NCBI GenBank assembly: GCA_963665665.1
Contig: OY762428.1
Location: 480,001 to 544,000 of the forward strand
Length of the DNA: 64,000 nt
Origin: Candidatus Kapaibacterium sp.
Lineage (GTDB): Bacteria; Bacteroidota; Ignavibacteria; Kapaibacteriales; UBA2268
Reading direction: 5' to 3'
The translations under genes and the position numbers were made by a program. Under the pieces are notes generated by a model. The model saw only the letters and a list, made by a program, of their open reading frames with translations, was not told the DNA's origin and did no database searches. Numbering within the stretch: position 1 is the stretch's first letter; each line of letters starts with the position of its first letter. Positions 37,454 to 50,000 of this stretch are shown one piece after another.

Positions 37454-38401
37454 CTATGCTGTTTTTGCTGAAATAGAACTTCTTTCGCCTGTTCCCTGTA
37501 CTTTTACTTTTTTAACTTTTTCAAGATACCAGATCACGAATGATGATGCTATGTAAATTGAAGAATAAGTACCGGTGATAAGACCAACGAGCATTGTGAA
37601 AGCAAAACCCTGGAGAACCGGGCCGCCAAACAATACCAGAGTGATAAGTACAAGAACAGATGTCAGCACCGTGTTCACAGTACGGCTTAAAGTTTCGTTA
37701 ATACTCAGGTTAACCATGTAAATGAAGTCGGTTCCTTTTTTGACTTCTTTATTCTCACGGATACGGTCAAAGATAATCACAGAGTCATTAATTGAGTAAC
37801 CAACCACAGTAAGCATACCTGCAAGTATGGTTTGGTTCACCTCAATATTGATAATTCCGGTATGTCCCACAAGTGTAATAATTGAAAATGTTATTATAAC
37901 ATCGTGGAACAGAGCTACGATGGCTCCAAGCCCGAAGACGAACTCAAATCTGAATCCAATGTAAATCAGAATTGCCACTACAGCAAGAAGAACGGCTATA
38001 AAAGCATCAGTTCTAAGTTCTTTACCGATTTTCGGCCCGATCTTGTCTACTTTGAGAGTTTCAATGTCAACTCCCGGGAATGCTTTTACCAATGCCTGAT
38101 TAACAATCGTAGGTGCATCTTCTGAGTCTTTAACCCGGATTAGGAACTGATTCTCTTTACCAAATGATTTGATCTCACTGCCATTGAATCCTGCCCCGTC
38201 AACTGCTGAACGAATGTTCTCGGCTTCCACTGTCTGCGAAAATTTAACGCCTATTTCAGTACCGCCTTCGAAATCGATACCATACTGAACGCCAAGCCCC
38301 AATACAGAAGCAATTCCAACGACGATCAATACTGCTGATACTACAAAGAATATTTGTCTTTTTCCAACAAAATCTATTTTTGTTCCATGAAAGAACTGCA
38401 T
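37454..38401 (-). CDS. secF: Protein translocase subunit SecF
   Basis: Motifs GIDFEGG, IGPKIG, ALFHDV, GYSINDSVIIFDRIRE and GTYSSIYIAS. Confidence 0.97.
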   Translation of the reverse strand: MQFFHGTKIDFVGKRQIFFVVSAVLIVVGIASVLGLGVQYGIDFEGGTEIGVKFSQTVEAENIRSAVDGAGFNGSEIKSFGKENQFLIRVKDSEDAPTIVNQALVKAFPGVDIETLKVDKIGPKIGKELRTDAFIAVLLAVVAILIYIGFRFEFVFGLGAIVALFHDVIITFSIITLVGHTGIINIEVNQTILAGMLTVVGYSINDSVIIFDRIRENKEVKKGTDFIYMVNLSINETLSRTVNTVLTSVLVLITLVLFGGPVLQGFAFTMLVGLITGTYSSIYIASSFVIWYLEKVKKVKVQGTGERSSISAKTA

Positions 38402-38417
38402 ATTTTATCCTTTCCTC

Positions 38418-40535
38418 TTATTTATTGACAATTTTAGGTTGACCAAAGTTGTACGAATCCACGCCTTTCGATACTGTCAGTTCGATGATAGCGCGGGATA
38501 CAACGATACCTGTGAACAGTGTGCCGAGAATACCGACCATAAGTGTTGTGGCAAAACCCTGAATCGGGCCGCTGCCGAAATAGAACAGAATAAAGCCGGT
38601 GATGAAAGTAGTGATGTTGGAGTCAAGGATAGCGCTAAGGGCTTTGCTGAAACCTTCGTCAACAGCAGAGCGGATTGAGCGTCCCTTGTATAGTTCCTCC
38701 CTGATCCTTTCAAATATCAGCACGTTGGCATCCACTGCCATACCTATTGTCAGGATAAGGCCGGCGATACCCGGTAATGTAAGTGTGCCGCCAAGAGCGG
38801 AAAGTATTGCAATAACAAGTGTCACGTTCAGGATTACCGCAAAGTCAGCTACAAGTCCGCCTCTGAGGTAATAGATAAACATGAAGAATACAACAAGTAA
38901 CACAGCAACTATTGAAGACATAATACCGCTGTCGATTGAATCCTGTCCGAGTGACGGGCCGACAACTCGTTCTTCGATAATTCTTACAGGGGCCTTCAGG
39001 GCGCCGGCTTTAAGAACGATCTCCAAAAGGCGTGCTTCTTCAATATCGGACGAACCGGTAATTGAAGAAATACCATTGTTTATTTTTGTAATAACGTTAG
39101 GGGCAGAATAGACCCTGTTATCAAGTACAATGGCAATTTTCTTGTTAATATTTGCGCCTGTAATTCTTGACCATCTGTCAGCACCGTCTGAGTTCATATA
39201 CATAATAACTTCAGGTGCATTTGTCATCTGGTCGTAAGTTGCAACAGCATTAGTTACTACTTCACCAGTCAGTTCGGGGTCTTTCTTTATGCCCCAGATC
39301 CCAAATATTTCAGCGCCGTCAGATTGCTGAAAGCGTTTAATCGGTTTGGCATCAATAAGAACATCAAGATCGAAAGGAATCAGTCCTTTAATTTCCGGCA
39401 TATTAAGGTATGCCTGGAATTTCTTGATAGAATCTTTTGGGATATAAAATGTATATTCACCATCCGGTACGTCTCTTACGTAATCAACCGGAACCATTCT
39501 CTGGTCCTTACCGGGAACATAATAAGTTGTAAATAATCTGGTAAACTGGTGGTCAATATAAAATTGTTTACGAGTTTCATCTTCGCTCATGCCTTCATAA
39601 GGATTGTCAGAATCCGGTGTTGCTGTTGTTGATTCACCTGCAACGGCTGTTGTATCATTAACTTTTGTTGTATCATTAACTTTTGTAGTATCGCTCGCTG
39701 TTACATCAGTTGTAGATTCAGGTGTTTCGGTAACTTCCGGAATATCATGAGCTTCTTCGCGGGCAGATTTTCTTTTGTACTGTGCAGCCAAAAGCTCATC
39801 AATTTTCTTGAAAGCACGTGCAATATTCTGATTATTGCGAACTAAGTTGAATTCAAGGCGGGCTGTTGTCTGCAGGAGTTTCCTTACAGCAGTTTCGTCA
39901 GTAACACCTGGAAGTTCAAGAAGAATCCTGCGGCTTCCCTGCTTCTGGATGTTTGGTTCAAGAACACCGAACTGGTCAATACGCTGGCTTATAACTTCTT
40001 TTGCCTGATCGATAGCATCTTCAGCATCTTTTTTCAGTTTTTCAACTATTTTTTCTTCCGATGCATCGCGGATATTGCCAATATCAAAGTAAGAAATCAG
40101 TGATTTGCCTTTTGGCCTTGCAATCTGGTCAAAATTACGAAGGAAAATATCCATTGTTCCTTCTTCCGAATCTTTTACTGCCTCTGCTGTTACAGACAGA
40201 ACTTCATTGAATACTTCATCAATTGCTTCCCTTTGGGCAGCTTCTTCGATAAGTTTGATAACATCAACTTCAAGAGTGACATACATACCGCCCTGCAAGT
40301 CAAGTCCGAGTTTTAAAGCATTGTCCTTCGAGTTATCGTAATCTTCCTTATACTTTTGATTAAACTCATCCATTATTGCATTTTTTTCAGTAAGATTCGG
40401 GGCATCCTCGGCCCTTTTTTCGTATTCACTCTTTTTCTGTTCCAAATTGTAATTGTTGTACGTTGGATACAGTAAGACCACGGCAACTATAATTGGTGCC
40501 AGGATCGTGAACCATTTTCCAAAATTCTTTTTCAA
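38418..40535 (-). CDS. secD: Protein translocase subunit SecD
   Basis: Motifs LGLDLQGG, VGPSLG, GMAVDANVLIFERIREE and DSNITT. TTG start after GGAGG; contains a short DTTKVN tandem duplication. Confidence 0.97.
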   Translation of the reverse strand: MKKNFGKWFTILAPIIVAVVLLYPTYNNYNLEQKKSEYEKRAEDAPNLTEKNAIMDEFNQKYKEDYDNSKDNALKLGLDLQGGMYVTLEVDVIKLIEEAAQREAIDEVFNEVLSVTAEAVKDSEEGTMDIFLRNFDQIARPKGKSLISYFDIGNIRDASEEKIVEKLKKDAEDAIDQAKEVISQRIDQFGVLEPNIQKQGSRRILLELPGVTDETAVRKLLQTTARLEFNLVRNNQNIARAFKKIDELLAAQYKRKSAREEAHDIPEVTETPESTTDVTASDTTKVNDTTKVNDTTAVAGESTTATPDSDNPYEGMSEDETRKQFYIDHQFTRLFTTYYVPGKDQRMVPVDYVRDVPDGEYTFYIPKDSIKKFQAYLNMPEIKGLIPFDLDVLIDAKPIKRFQQSDGAEIFGIWGIKKDPELTGEVVTNAVATYDQMTNAPEVIMYMNSDGADRWSRITGANINKKIAIVLDNRVYSAPNVITKINNGISSITGSSDIEEARLLEIVLKAGALKAPVRIIEERVVGPSLGQDSIDSGIMSSIVAVLLVVFFMFIYYLRGGLVADFAVILNVTLVIAILSALGGTLTLPGIAGLILTIGMAVDANVLIFERIREELYKGRSIRSAVDEGFSKALSAILDSNITTFITGFILFYFGSGPIQGFATTLMVGILGTLFTGIVVSRAIIELTVSKGVDSYNFGQPKIVNK

Positions 40536-40877
40536 TTAAAACCTCCAAATATCGCTAAAAACTTATTTCTATTTTTTACATACTTTACAGGAATACGAAT
40601 ATAGGGGTATTTGCATTAATAACCAACGATTTTTGTAATACTAAATTATTCACTATATACCTAAAACAAAGCTTTATAAGTATTTAATCACAATTAAGAT
40701 ATACTGCCAATATGAGATATTTTTTTATTTTTTATAAACAAAGGTTGAAAAGTTGAAAGTTGTTATAACAATTAATATTAAAATTTTCGATACTAAAAAT
40801 GATGAAAACGCAGGAATGTTTATAATATTCTAAATTAAAAATCGGGAGAACAAATATTATTAATGGTAAGCAATTGT

Positions 40878-40906
40878 AAAAAAGCCCGATACTGAATGTA
40901 TCGGGC
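40878..40906 (-). terminator. Intrinsic terminator after etfA
   Basis: GCCCGATAC / GTATCGGGC stem with an A6 flank. Confidence 0.85.
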
Positions 40907-40931
40907 CAGATAAAATATATAAGGTAAAAAA

Positions 40932-41903
40932 TTATTTACCTGTAACAGCGCCAATCTTTTCTGTCAGTACCGGAAGTACTTCAAACAGGTCGCCTACGAT
41001 ACCATAATCGCAAACTTTGAAAATCGGTGCATCTTTGTCTTTATTAACAGCTACAATCACCTTTGAACTTGACATTCCTGCAAGGTGCTGAATAGCGCCG
41101 GAAATGCCGCAGGCTACATACAATACCGGGGATACTGTTTTACCTGTCTGGCCAACCTGCTCTGAGTGAGGACGCCAGCCAGCGTCAACAACAGCCCTGG
41201 AAGCGCCAACTGCTGCGCCAAGTTTATTTGCCAACCCTTCAATCAGGTTGTAATTTTCAGGAGCTTTGATACCGCGGCCGCCGGAAACGATAACGTCAGC
41301 TTCGGCTACATCCAGTTTGCCTTCATTCTTTGCAAGTGATGTAACGACTGCTTTTGCATGAGCATCATTCAGGTCAGGAGCAAAGTCTTTAACATTTGTA
41401 TCTGCTGCATCCTGTTTTACTGCTGTGAAAACATTCGGCCTGAGGGCAAATACTTTGTTGTCCGTATCAATCTGTGTTTTGATCATTGCTTTTCCTGCAT
41501 AAACCGGTTTGCCGGCAACGATGTTATCACCTGCTTCAAGTGACATAACGTCAGCAATGTATCCGGCTTCGAGTTTAACAGCTACGCGCGGGGCAATTTC
41601 AAGGCCCGTTGCATTTGCCGGGAAAAGGACAACATCAGCGCCCTCTGCTTTTGCAGCCTGTGCAACAGCTTCGGCTGCTGCCGTCGAAGAATATTTCTCA
41701 ATCATGGCATGGTTTATAACAACTGCTTCACTTAGTCCGTATTCACCTGCTGTTTTTGCCTGATCTGCTGATCCGCCAATTAAAACACCGCAAATATTTT
41801 CTGCGTTGAGTGATTTAGCAGCGGTTACGAGTTCATAGGACACCCTTTTAAGGGCGTTATCCTGTGCTTCAAGAAAAACTAAAACTTTTTTCATCTGTTT
41901 CAC
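40932..41903 (-). CDS. etfA: Electron transfer flavoprotein alpha subunit
   Basis: Motifs VSGGRG, GASRAVVDAGW, QVGQTGKTV and GISGAIQHLAGM. Confidence 0.97.
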   Translation of the reverse strand: MKQMKKVLVFLEAQDNALKRVSYELVTAAKSLNAENICGVLIGGSADQAKTAGEYGLSEAVVINHAMIEKYSSTAAAEAVAQAAKAEGADVVLFPANATGLEIAPRVAVKLEAGYIADVMSLEAGDNIVAGKPVYAGKAMIKTQIDTDNKVFALRPNVFTAVKQDAADTNVKDFAPDLNDAHAKAVVTSLAKNEGKLDVAEADVIVSGGRGIKAPENYNLIEGLANKLGAAVGASRAVVDAGWRPHSEQVGQTGKTVSPVLYVACGISGAIQHLAGMSSSKVIVAVNKDKDAPIFKVCDYGIVGDLFEVLPVLTEKIGAVTGK

Positions 41904-41915
41904 CTGATATTAAAA

Positions 41916-42662
41916 TTATATAACTTTTGCATCTTCATGAAGAGCGCGAACTACTTCGTCAATATCCGCTGCTTCAGCGCCAACAATTTTGCCAACTCTC
42001 TGCTTCACAGGCAATTCCATACCGAGAACAGAAACACGGTTTGCAACTTCAGTTGCGTCTCTTTCTTCGATAGGTTTTCTTTTGGCTTTCATAATATCAG
42101 GAAGTTTCGGGTAGCGGGGATCGTTCAGGCCTTTCTGGCAACTGATTACACATGGCAGAGATGCTTCAACGATTTCTTTACCGCCTTCGATATCTCTTTC
42201 TGCTTTCAGTTTGTCAGATTCAACATCAAGTTTAGTTACAACAGATACTGAGGGCATATCAGTCATTTCAGCAAGCATGGATGTCATCTGCATTGAATCA
42301 TAATCAACTGACTGTTTACCGCAGAGTATCAGGTCGGGGTTTATTTCTTTTGCATAATCAGCAAGATTTTTTGCAACGTAGAAAGAATCCGCATCGTCCC
42401 TGCCTTTGATAAGCGTTACTTTATCAACGCCCATGGCAAGGGCAGTTCTGAGAATATCTGTCGATTGTGCAGAGCCTACTGTAACGGCAGTTACTTCACC
42501 ACCGTTTGCTGTGCGAAGCCTGAGAGCTTCTTCAAGCGCAAATTCGTCGTAAGGGTTCACAACAAACTTAACTCCCTGGCCATCAATAGTTTTGCCATCG
42601 GAGCCGATCTTTACGCGGACTGCCGTATCGGGTACTCTCGATACACAAACCAAAATGTTCAT
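41916..42662 (-). CDS. etfB: Electron transfer flavoprotein beta subunit
   Basis: Motifs VPDT, NPYDEFALEEALRL, CGKQSVD and PRYP. Confidence 0.97.
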   Translation of the reverse strand: MNILVCVSRVPDTAVRVKIGSDGKTIDGQGVKFVVNPYDEFALEEALRLRTANGGEVTAVTVGSAQSTDILRTALAMGVDKVTLIKGRDDADSFYVAKNLADYAKEINPDLILCGKQSVDYDSMQMTSMLAEMTDMPSVSVVTKLDVESDKLKAERDIEGGKEIVEASLPCVISCQKGLNDPRYPKLPDIMKAKRKPIEERDATEVANRVSVLGMELPVKQRVGKIVGAEAADIDEVVRALHEDAKVI

Positions 42663-42951
42663 TATTCCTCCGGAATGTTGTTTTCAAAAAAAGTTTAAAA
42701 AATTTATTAAATAAATTCATTGCAAATATAATTATTAACTGCAAATATTTAAAAACAGTTAATCTAAAATACAAGGGCTGATATATCTAAAATTATATAA
42801 TATCAGTTGTTTATAAATATTTTCAGTTTTGATTAATTTCCGATTCGTTAAGCGTATTTTCTCGAACCATATATTATTATCCAATATAAAAATTGCTAAT
42901 AAAAACGATAAAAGCAAGAAATGAATAAGTTCTGTAAACCATGTGTTTGGT

Positions 42952-43401
42952 TTATTGCAAAAATCCTTTTTTTCTACCTTCCTTAACAATAAAAGTAAGA
43001 TTTCCGGTGAATTGTTCCGGAACAGATACTGAACATGGAGGTATTGAATCCAGATACCATTTCATATCGCTTCCGTTTATTATTACTGGTTCATCCCCCT
43101 GTGAAATTTCAATTGTAATTTCGCCCTCGTAAACATTTGGATTATTGGAACAACATAGAATATGCCATGCCATGTGCATCATGTGTAGAGCCTGGGCAGG
43201 TGTACGTAATCTTCTTTTTACGGACTGCCCTGCCGGTATATCAATTTTAACATTCTCTTTTACTGTTTTACGGTCATCCTTAACAATAGTAATATCAACG
43301 CCAACTAAAATATTTTCTGTTGAGGAAACTTTTATGATCAAATCACCTGATTTTTCATCATTTAATATACAGTAAATAGCTTTCTTTTGTTTTGGCTGCA
43401 T
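42952..43401 (-). CDS. Hypothetical protein downstream of uvrA
   Basis: 149-aa ORF, co-oriented, 28 bp after uvrA. No family recognised. Confidence 0.6.
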   Translation of the reverse strand: MQPKQKKAIYCILNDEKSGDLIIKVSSTENILVGVDITIVKDDRKTVKENVKIDIPAGQSVKRRLRTPAQALHMMHMAWHILCCSNNPNVYEGEITIEISQGDEPVIINGSDMKWYLDSIPPCSVSVPEQFTGNLTFIVKEGRKKGFLQ

Positions 43402-43429
43402 GATAAACTCTCTGAACTACTATAAAAAT

Positions 43430-46324
43430 TTACTTAATATTTAATTCTTCCTTCAGGTATTTACCCGTCAGGCTTTTATCATTTTTTATTATATCTTCGG
43501 GTTTTCCGGCCGCAATAATTTCACCGCCATTTATTCCGCCTTCAGGCCCCAGGTCAATTATCCAATCCGCACATTTAATAACATCAAGGTTATGCTCAAT
43601 TATGATTACTGTATTACCCTTATCAACAAGTTTGTTCAATAATTTAAGTAAAATTCGGATATCTTCAAAATGTAATCCTGTTGTTGGCTCATCCAGCATG
43701 TAAAGAGTTTTACCGGTACTTGTTTTAGATAATTCAGTAGCAAGCTTTACCCTTTGCGCTTCTCCACCCGAAAGTGTAGGTGCCTGCTGCCCCAGGGTTA
43801 GATAACCCAGGCCTACTTCAACAAGAGTACTAAGTTTTTTCTTAATTTTAGGGATGTCACTGAAAAATTCAACTGCTTCGTTAACGGTCATATCAAGAAC
43901 ATCCGCTATGGATTTTTCTTTATATTTCACCATCAGGGTTTCTTTATTATATCTTTTTCCCTGGCAAACATCGCATTTAACATAAACTTCCGGCAGGAAA
44001 TTCATCTCAATTTTTCTTATACCGGCACCCTCGCATTCCTCACATCTTCCACCTGTTACGTTGAAAGAAAATCTTCCGGGTTTATATCCCCTTACCTGTG
44101 ATTCGGGAAGCATGGCGTAGAAATCTCTTATCAGAGTGAAAAGCCCTGTATATGTAGCCGGATTTGATCGGGGTGTTCGGCCAATAGGTGACTGGTCAAT
44201 TTCAATAACTTTGTCAATATATTCAAGCCCGTCGATAGATTTGTAAGGGAGAGGTACCAGGTTTGACCTGTAAAATTTTCTTGAAAGAATCGGGTAAAGA
44301 GTGTCATTTATTAATGAGGATTTTCCCGAACCACTCATTCCTGTTACACAAACAGAAAGTCCAAGAGGAATTTCAAGATCAACATTTCCCAGGTTATTTC
44401 CCTTTGCTCCTTTTAGCCACAGCTTTGCTCCGTTGCCTTCACGTCGTACTTCGGGCACTTCAATTTTCCTGGAACCGCAAAGGTATCCGGCAGTGAAAGA
44501 TTTGTCAAGTTTTGTTTTAGGAAGTTTACAGAATTTGTCTGGTTCGGAGGAAAAAACAACTTCTCCGCCATGAACACCTGCGCCGGGGCCCAGATCAGCC
44601 ACGAAATCTGCCTGCTCTATCATAGCTTTGTCATGTTCTACCACTATTACCGTGTTGCCAAGATCCCTGAGTTGTTTTAGTGAATCAATTAATTTATTGT
44701 TATCGTGCTGATGAAGCCCGATGCTCGGTTCGTCAAGTATATACATTATACCTACAAGTTTTGAACCGATTTGAGAAGCCAGCCTTATCCTTTGGGATTC
44801 ACCCCCTGAAAGCGTTCGCACTGACCGGTCGAGCGACATATAGGAAAGTCCCACATCCCTGAGAAAGCCAAGCCTGGCAATTATTTCCTTTAAAATAAGA
44901 TTTGCTATTATCTTCTCGCGCTTGTTTAGTTTCGAGTCCAGATTGCTAAAATAATTATAAGCGCTGCTTACATCCAGAACAGTAATATTTCTGATATTTG
45001 TGTCATGGATTAGTACAGCAAGGCTTTCGGGCTTTAATCTGCCGCCACCGCAATTCTCGCATTTAACCGACGACATATAATTATCCATATTCTTCCTGAA
45101 TGATCCGCTGCTCGTACTCTCGTACTGATGGCGCAAAGAAGGAATAATCCCAAGGAATTTATGCTTATAAACAATTTCCTTGCCTTTGCCGAATTTATAC
45201 TTCACAGGTATCTCATTATCATCAGTACCATATAGTAATCTTCCCAGAACCGCTTCATCAATATCTTTTACCGGCAAATCCAGATCAATGCCGGCCTTTT
45301 CGGCAAATACTTCTACCTGGGTCCAAAGCCACATCTGCCGTTTTTTTCCAAGCGGTGCAATACCGCCCTTTGCAATCGACAATGAGTCATCAGGAATGAA
45401 TAATTCCGGGTTGAAATCACGCAGTTCACCCAGGCCCTGGCATTTTGGGCATGCTCCGTAAGGCGAGTTGAATGAAAACATGTTTGGAGCCAATTGATCA
45501 AATGATTTCCCGCAGGAAGGACAGGAATATGAGGTGGAGAAAAGTTTTTCTCCCCATCCGCTGTCTTTCTGGAAAAGAATCATCATTGTGCCTTCGCCTT
45601 TATTAATTGCCAATTCGCAGGATTCGCTAATTCTATGCTCCTGCTTAGAAACCACATGGCAGCGATCAACAATCAGTTCAATATCATGAATTTTGTATCT
45701 GTCAACCTTCATCTCAGGGATTAAATCCGTTATTTTTCCGTCAACACGGACTTTAGTAAAACCAAGTTTCATCAGTTTTTCAAACAGATCCCTGTAATGG
45801 CCTTTTCTGGCCCTGACGAGCGGCGCCAGTATCTGTATTTTTTTATCGTGATAATCATCAAAAATTTCCTCTACTATCTGTTCGCCGGTTTTTTGTTGCA
45901 CTGGCACATGGCAGTCCACGCAGTATTGAATACCTATCTTGGCAAAAAGAAGCCTGAGGTAATCATAAATCTCAGTTACAGTTCCAACAGTCGAACGTGG
46001 GTTGTGGCCAAGGGTTTTCTGTTCTATTGATATCGCCGGGGAAAGTCCGTCGATACGGTCAACACTTGGCTTCTTCATCATACCGAGAAATTGCCTGGCA
46101 TAGGAAGACAGGCATTCAACATATCTTCTCTGGCCTTCTGCATAGAGAGTATCAAAAGCAAGGCTGGATTTCCCGGAACCCGACAGCCCTGTAATAACAA
46201 CAAATTTATCTCTTGGAATATCTATATCAATATTTTTTAGATTGTGCTCCCGGGCCCCCCGGACACTTATCTTTGTTAGCTCGCCTGTTATCTCCGGCGC
46301 CTTATCTTCCTTTATTTCCCGCAT
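43430..46324 (-). CDS. uvrA: Excinuclease ABC subunit A
   Basis: GAREHNLKN, two Walker A motifs ([18 protein letters not shown]), zinc fingers and two LSGGE signatures. ATG 46324 is preferred over GTG 46348. Confidence 0.98.
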   Translation of the reverse strand: MREIKEDKAPEITGELTKISVRGAREHNLKNIDIDIPRDKFVVITGLSGSGKSSLAFDTLYAEGQRRYVECLSSYARQFLGMMKKPSVDRIDGLSPAISIEQKTLGHNPRSTVGTVTEIYDYLRLLFAKIGIQYCVDCHVPVQQKTGEQIVEEIFDDYHDKKIQILAPLVRARKGHYRDLFEKLMKLGFTKVRVDGKITDLIPEMKVDRYKIHDIELIVDRCHVVSKQEHRISESCELAINKGEGTMMILFQKDSGWGEKLFSTSYSCPSCGKSFDQLAPNMFSFNSPYGACPKCQGLGELRDFNPELFIPDDSLSIAKGGIAPLGKKRQMWLWTQVEVFAEKAGIDLDLPVKDIDEAVLGRLLYGTDDNEIPVKYKFGKGKEIVYKHKFLGIIPSLRHQYESTSSGSFRKNMDNYMSSVKCENCGGGRLKPESLAVLIHDTNIRNITVLDVSSAYNYFSNLDSKLNKREKIIANLILKEIIARLGFLRDVGLSYMSLDRSVRTLSGGESQRIRLASQIGSKLVGIMYILDEPSIGLHQHDNNKLIDSLKQLRDLGNTVIVVEHDKAMIEQADFVADLGPGAGVHGGEVVFSSEPDKFCKLPKTKLDKSFTAGYLCGSRKIEVPEVRREGNGAKLWLKGAKGNNLGNVDLEIPLGLSVCVTGMSGSGKSSLINDTLYPILSRKFYRSNLVPLPYKSIDGLEYIDKVIEIDQSPIGRTPRSNPATYTGLFTLIRDFYAMLPESQVRGYKPGRFSFNVTGGRCEECEGAGIRKIEMNFLPEVYVKCDVCQGKRYNKETLMVKYKEKSIADVLDMTVNEAVEFFSDIPKIKKKLSTLVEVGLGYLTLGQQAPTLSGGEAQRVKLATELSKTSTGKTLYMLDEPTTGLHFEDIRILLKLLNKLVDKGNTVIIIEHNLDVIKCADWIIDLGPEGGINGGEIIAAGKPEDIIKNDKSLTGKYLKEELNIK

Positions 46325-47032
46325 AATCCGCTTGTAAATGACAAACACATAAATACAAGCTACAAAGATAGTTTTTTTTTATTTCATAAGGAATTTTTTT
46401 ATTCCTGGATCCAAAATTTCAAGAGCGAAATGATTGGAATTGTGTATGAAGAATAATACAGGTTAAAGTCGAAGGGGAAAAAGGCAGCTTGTTGAGGAAT
46501 CAATTTCAAAAATTTACATTAAGAACCCTGCGTTCGATTCCTGATGTTCAATTTTCGCAAAAGAAGTAATCGAGAATGACATTCTGAAAATTCGTTCCTG
46601 TTGATTGAGTTGGAAAAATGCACAAAAATAACGATATATTGGAGTCAATTTTTTACTACACGGAAAATTGAAATCGTTATTTCTGCATCAGGATAAGACA
46701 GGTTGATATTTTTTTTAATTCTGGCAAAAATAAAAATATGCAGAATTTTTTATCGAATATTTTGAAAAATATTTACAAAATGGATAATATTATAAACATT
46801 TTCATATCATAGATTTATGAATTTTTTTCTTTTTAAGCAATTTCTATTGTTATCACAAATTAAAAAATATTTACAAAATTTTTGTAACGGAATGTAACTT
46901 TTTAAATAAATCAGTGTTATTGTGCATGTAATTGTTACAACTACATTGATAAAACAGATATAATGACAATGTTGCAAAATAAATACTACAAACATCAACT
47001 TTTTATTTTTCTAATATTTAGCGGAGTCACTT

Positions 47033-50000
47033 ATGACTAAATCTACTTCTATGCGCGGATTGCTTTTTGCAATAGTCGCAGCATTTTTCGTTCTTGCAGG
47101 TGCAAGAAATACTTACTCGACAGACCTGCCGGATTACTGTATCTGGCCGGATAGCTGGGATTATCTATACTTCACAGATTACGCCTCTATGTATGATTAT
47201 GGATCTCTTACATGGGTTCATATCGAATCAGCTGACGGTGAAGTGGTTCTTGACCATGAATCAGACTACGAAGGGCCACACCGCTTTTGGGATGATATTA
47301 CATTCCAGCTGATACCCGGAATGGAATATTATATTTCAGTGGCAACATACGGCCGGTATTATGCCAGGGTAAGAGCCTGGATTGACTGGGACCGCGACGG
47401 CGAGTTTATAAACACACCTCAATATGTTGAATATATGGGTCTATCATACGATTACTATTATGGTAATTCCAACTGGACTCCTTATAACAGTTATCAGGGT
47501 GGTATCAGGAAACAGGTCTTTAAATTTACGGTACCTGAAGATGCTTCTGAAACATATCGCTTCAGGATAGCGAATACCTATTATTCTTATCATTATGTTC
47601 AAAGTCCTTATTCTTATGAATATCCTTATGATGATGCATGTATTAACGGATATCTTTATGAATATACTACTTACACAAGAATTTACAATTACGGCGAAAT
47701 TCATGACTACAACTTCGACGTATTCGGCGGCGTAAAAGACACATATCCTTCTGACGGCGACATCCTTTATGCAGATGAGGAATATGACGGAACATCACGC
47801 ATGAAAAACGGCGAGATGGTTGACTTCCCGAAACCTCAGATAATTTTCCCGGCAGAGCCTGAAGAAGGCGCCCTCGTGCGTTTCTACATTTACGGCCCTG
47901 CACCATCAACAGATATCGTGTATGAAGGCCTGGCAGAATACCCGTCTACATCTGAAAACGTTGATGTAGCCGGCGCAGTAGGCGATACATACACAATTCA
48001 GCATTCAAGAGGCCAGTATTCATATCCTTCATCACCCTACGGCGACGGTACATTCAAAGCCGATCGCGGCGGTACATACAAAGTATATGCTTACCAGCTT
48101 GAATCACCCAAAGCAATTGTGAACTCCTTTACAGTATCCTGGGACAATGACCTTTCCGTTTCAAGGATCGTTTCCCCGAGGACTAATGTGGAACCTGATT
48201 TCTTCAAATATGTACAGGGCCAGTCAATCAGGATAATCGGCCTGTACAGGAACGTTGGTATCAACGATGTTACCGAGTTTGAAGGAACAGCACGTATATG
48301 GGATCCAAACGGCGAACTGGTTTATGACGACACTAAATCTTATGAAGCTCCCCCGAGGGAAGTTCTCAGTACATCAGATGCCGTAGAACTTGAATTCGAT
48401 AACGCAAGGTTCACACAGACAGGCGTTTATACTATTGAAATGACCTGTGACCTTATTGATACGGAAGATGATAACTTCAACGGCGACCAGGATGACTACA
48501 ATGATGTAGTTCCGCGCTCAGACCTCAGCAGCTATACATTTGAAGTATCCTACGAAATCCAGCTTCAGGCAGATGAAATTCTTCTCCCGACAGAAGATAC
48601 TGAAGTACTTGTAAACCGTACAGTTGTACCGATGGCACGCTTTGCAAACGCCGGTATCGGCGATGCATCTGACGTACCTGCAACAATGATTGTTAAAAAC
48701 GAAGACGGCGAAACTGTATACGAAAGTAATATCATCGTACAGGATATTCCTGCCGGTAAATATAACACCAAGATCGAGAAATTTGCAGAAATGACAATTT
48801 CCGAGCCTGGCGATTATACAGTATGCGTATGGCTTACTGATGATAACGACCCCATTCGCGAAGACGATACGGTATGCACCACATTCTCGGTGGAAGCAGG
48901 AATGCAGGGAACATTCACGGTAGGTACCAGGTTTGAAGGCCAGGAACGCAACTACACAACCATCGACGATATGATGGACGATATCTATTTCAAAGGTATC
49001 ACCGGCCCGATAACATTTGAATTCACAGATGCAAGTTATGAAGTATCCGAGAACAACTATGAATTCGGTGCATGGGAATTCACATCAAGGATCATCGGCC
49101 TTGGCTATGACCTGGAAACTGAAGAACCTTATACAATAACATTCAAACCCCACAGGGACAGGGCAAATGTTAAAGGCGGAGTAACTATTAATCTAAATTC
49201 AGCAAGTGGCCGCGGTGTAACATTCGGGCAGTCACACTACCCGCAGAATGACAATGCTATCGCCAAACGCTTCCCCTCACCGTCAAACTCAAACTTCAAC
49301 GGTTATGTAGTATTTGACGGCGGCCGCCAGAAAGCGCTTAAATTCGTCCTTAATACAACGAACGAACACGGCTCGGCATTCTATCTTGGCCGCGGATCAA
49401 GCAATGTAACAGTTAAAAACTGTATCATTGAAAATGGTACAGAAGGCATAAAAACACAGACAAGAATACCACTTGTAACATTTGATCCTTCACGCGGTTT
49501 CGGATTTGAAGGCGACGTATTCGAATCAGGCGGGGTACGTTCAAGCTACTCTGCAGGTATCGTATCAAGGTCAAGCCTTCTTAAAGCAGAAGAAAGCGAA
49601 TTTATCAAACTTGATACAGTTCCCAACACGAACAACGTAATTGAAGGCAATGAGATCAGCGGCTTCGGTTATGGTATCATGTCGCTTGGTATCGGCGCTC
49701 TCTACATGCAGAACGAGAACTACTACCAACGCTTCTATAATGAAGACAACACATACAGCAACAATACAATAACAGACTGCTACCGTGCAGGTATCCTCCT
49801 CGGCTTTGAAGAAGACAGTAAAGTTGAAGGCAACAGGATATATGACATGGGCGGCGCATCCAATGCGGCAGGTATCCTTCTTGGCGGAAACAGCCGTGAT
49901 GACATTGACGGATATAACAACGTTGACATCATGGTAAACGGCAACGAGATCAGCGGCATTGAAGCCCGCGACTTTGCCTTCGGTATCAGCAACGAGCAGG

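Noticed and set aside
46380-47030. Hidden gene or RNA in the long uvrA / surface-protein intergenic region
   Set aside because: I found no credible ORF, tRNA-like fold or strong hairpin by eye, so it is treated as a divergent regulatory region.
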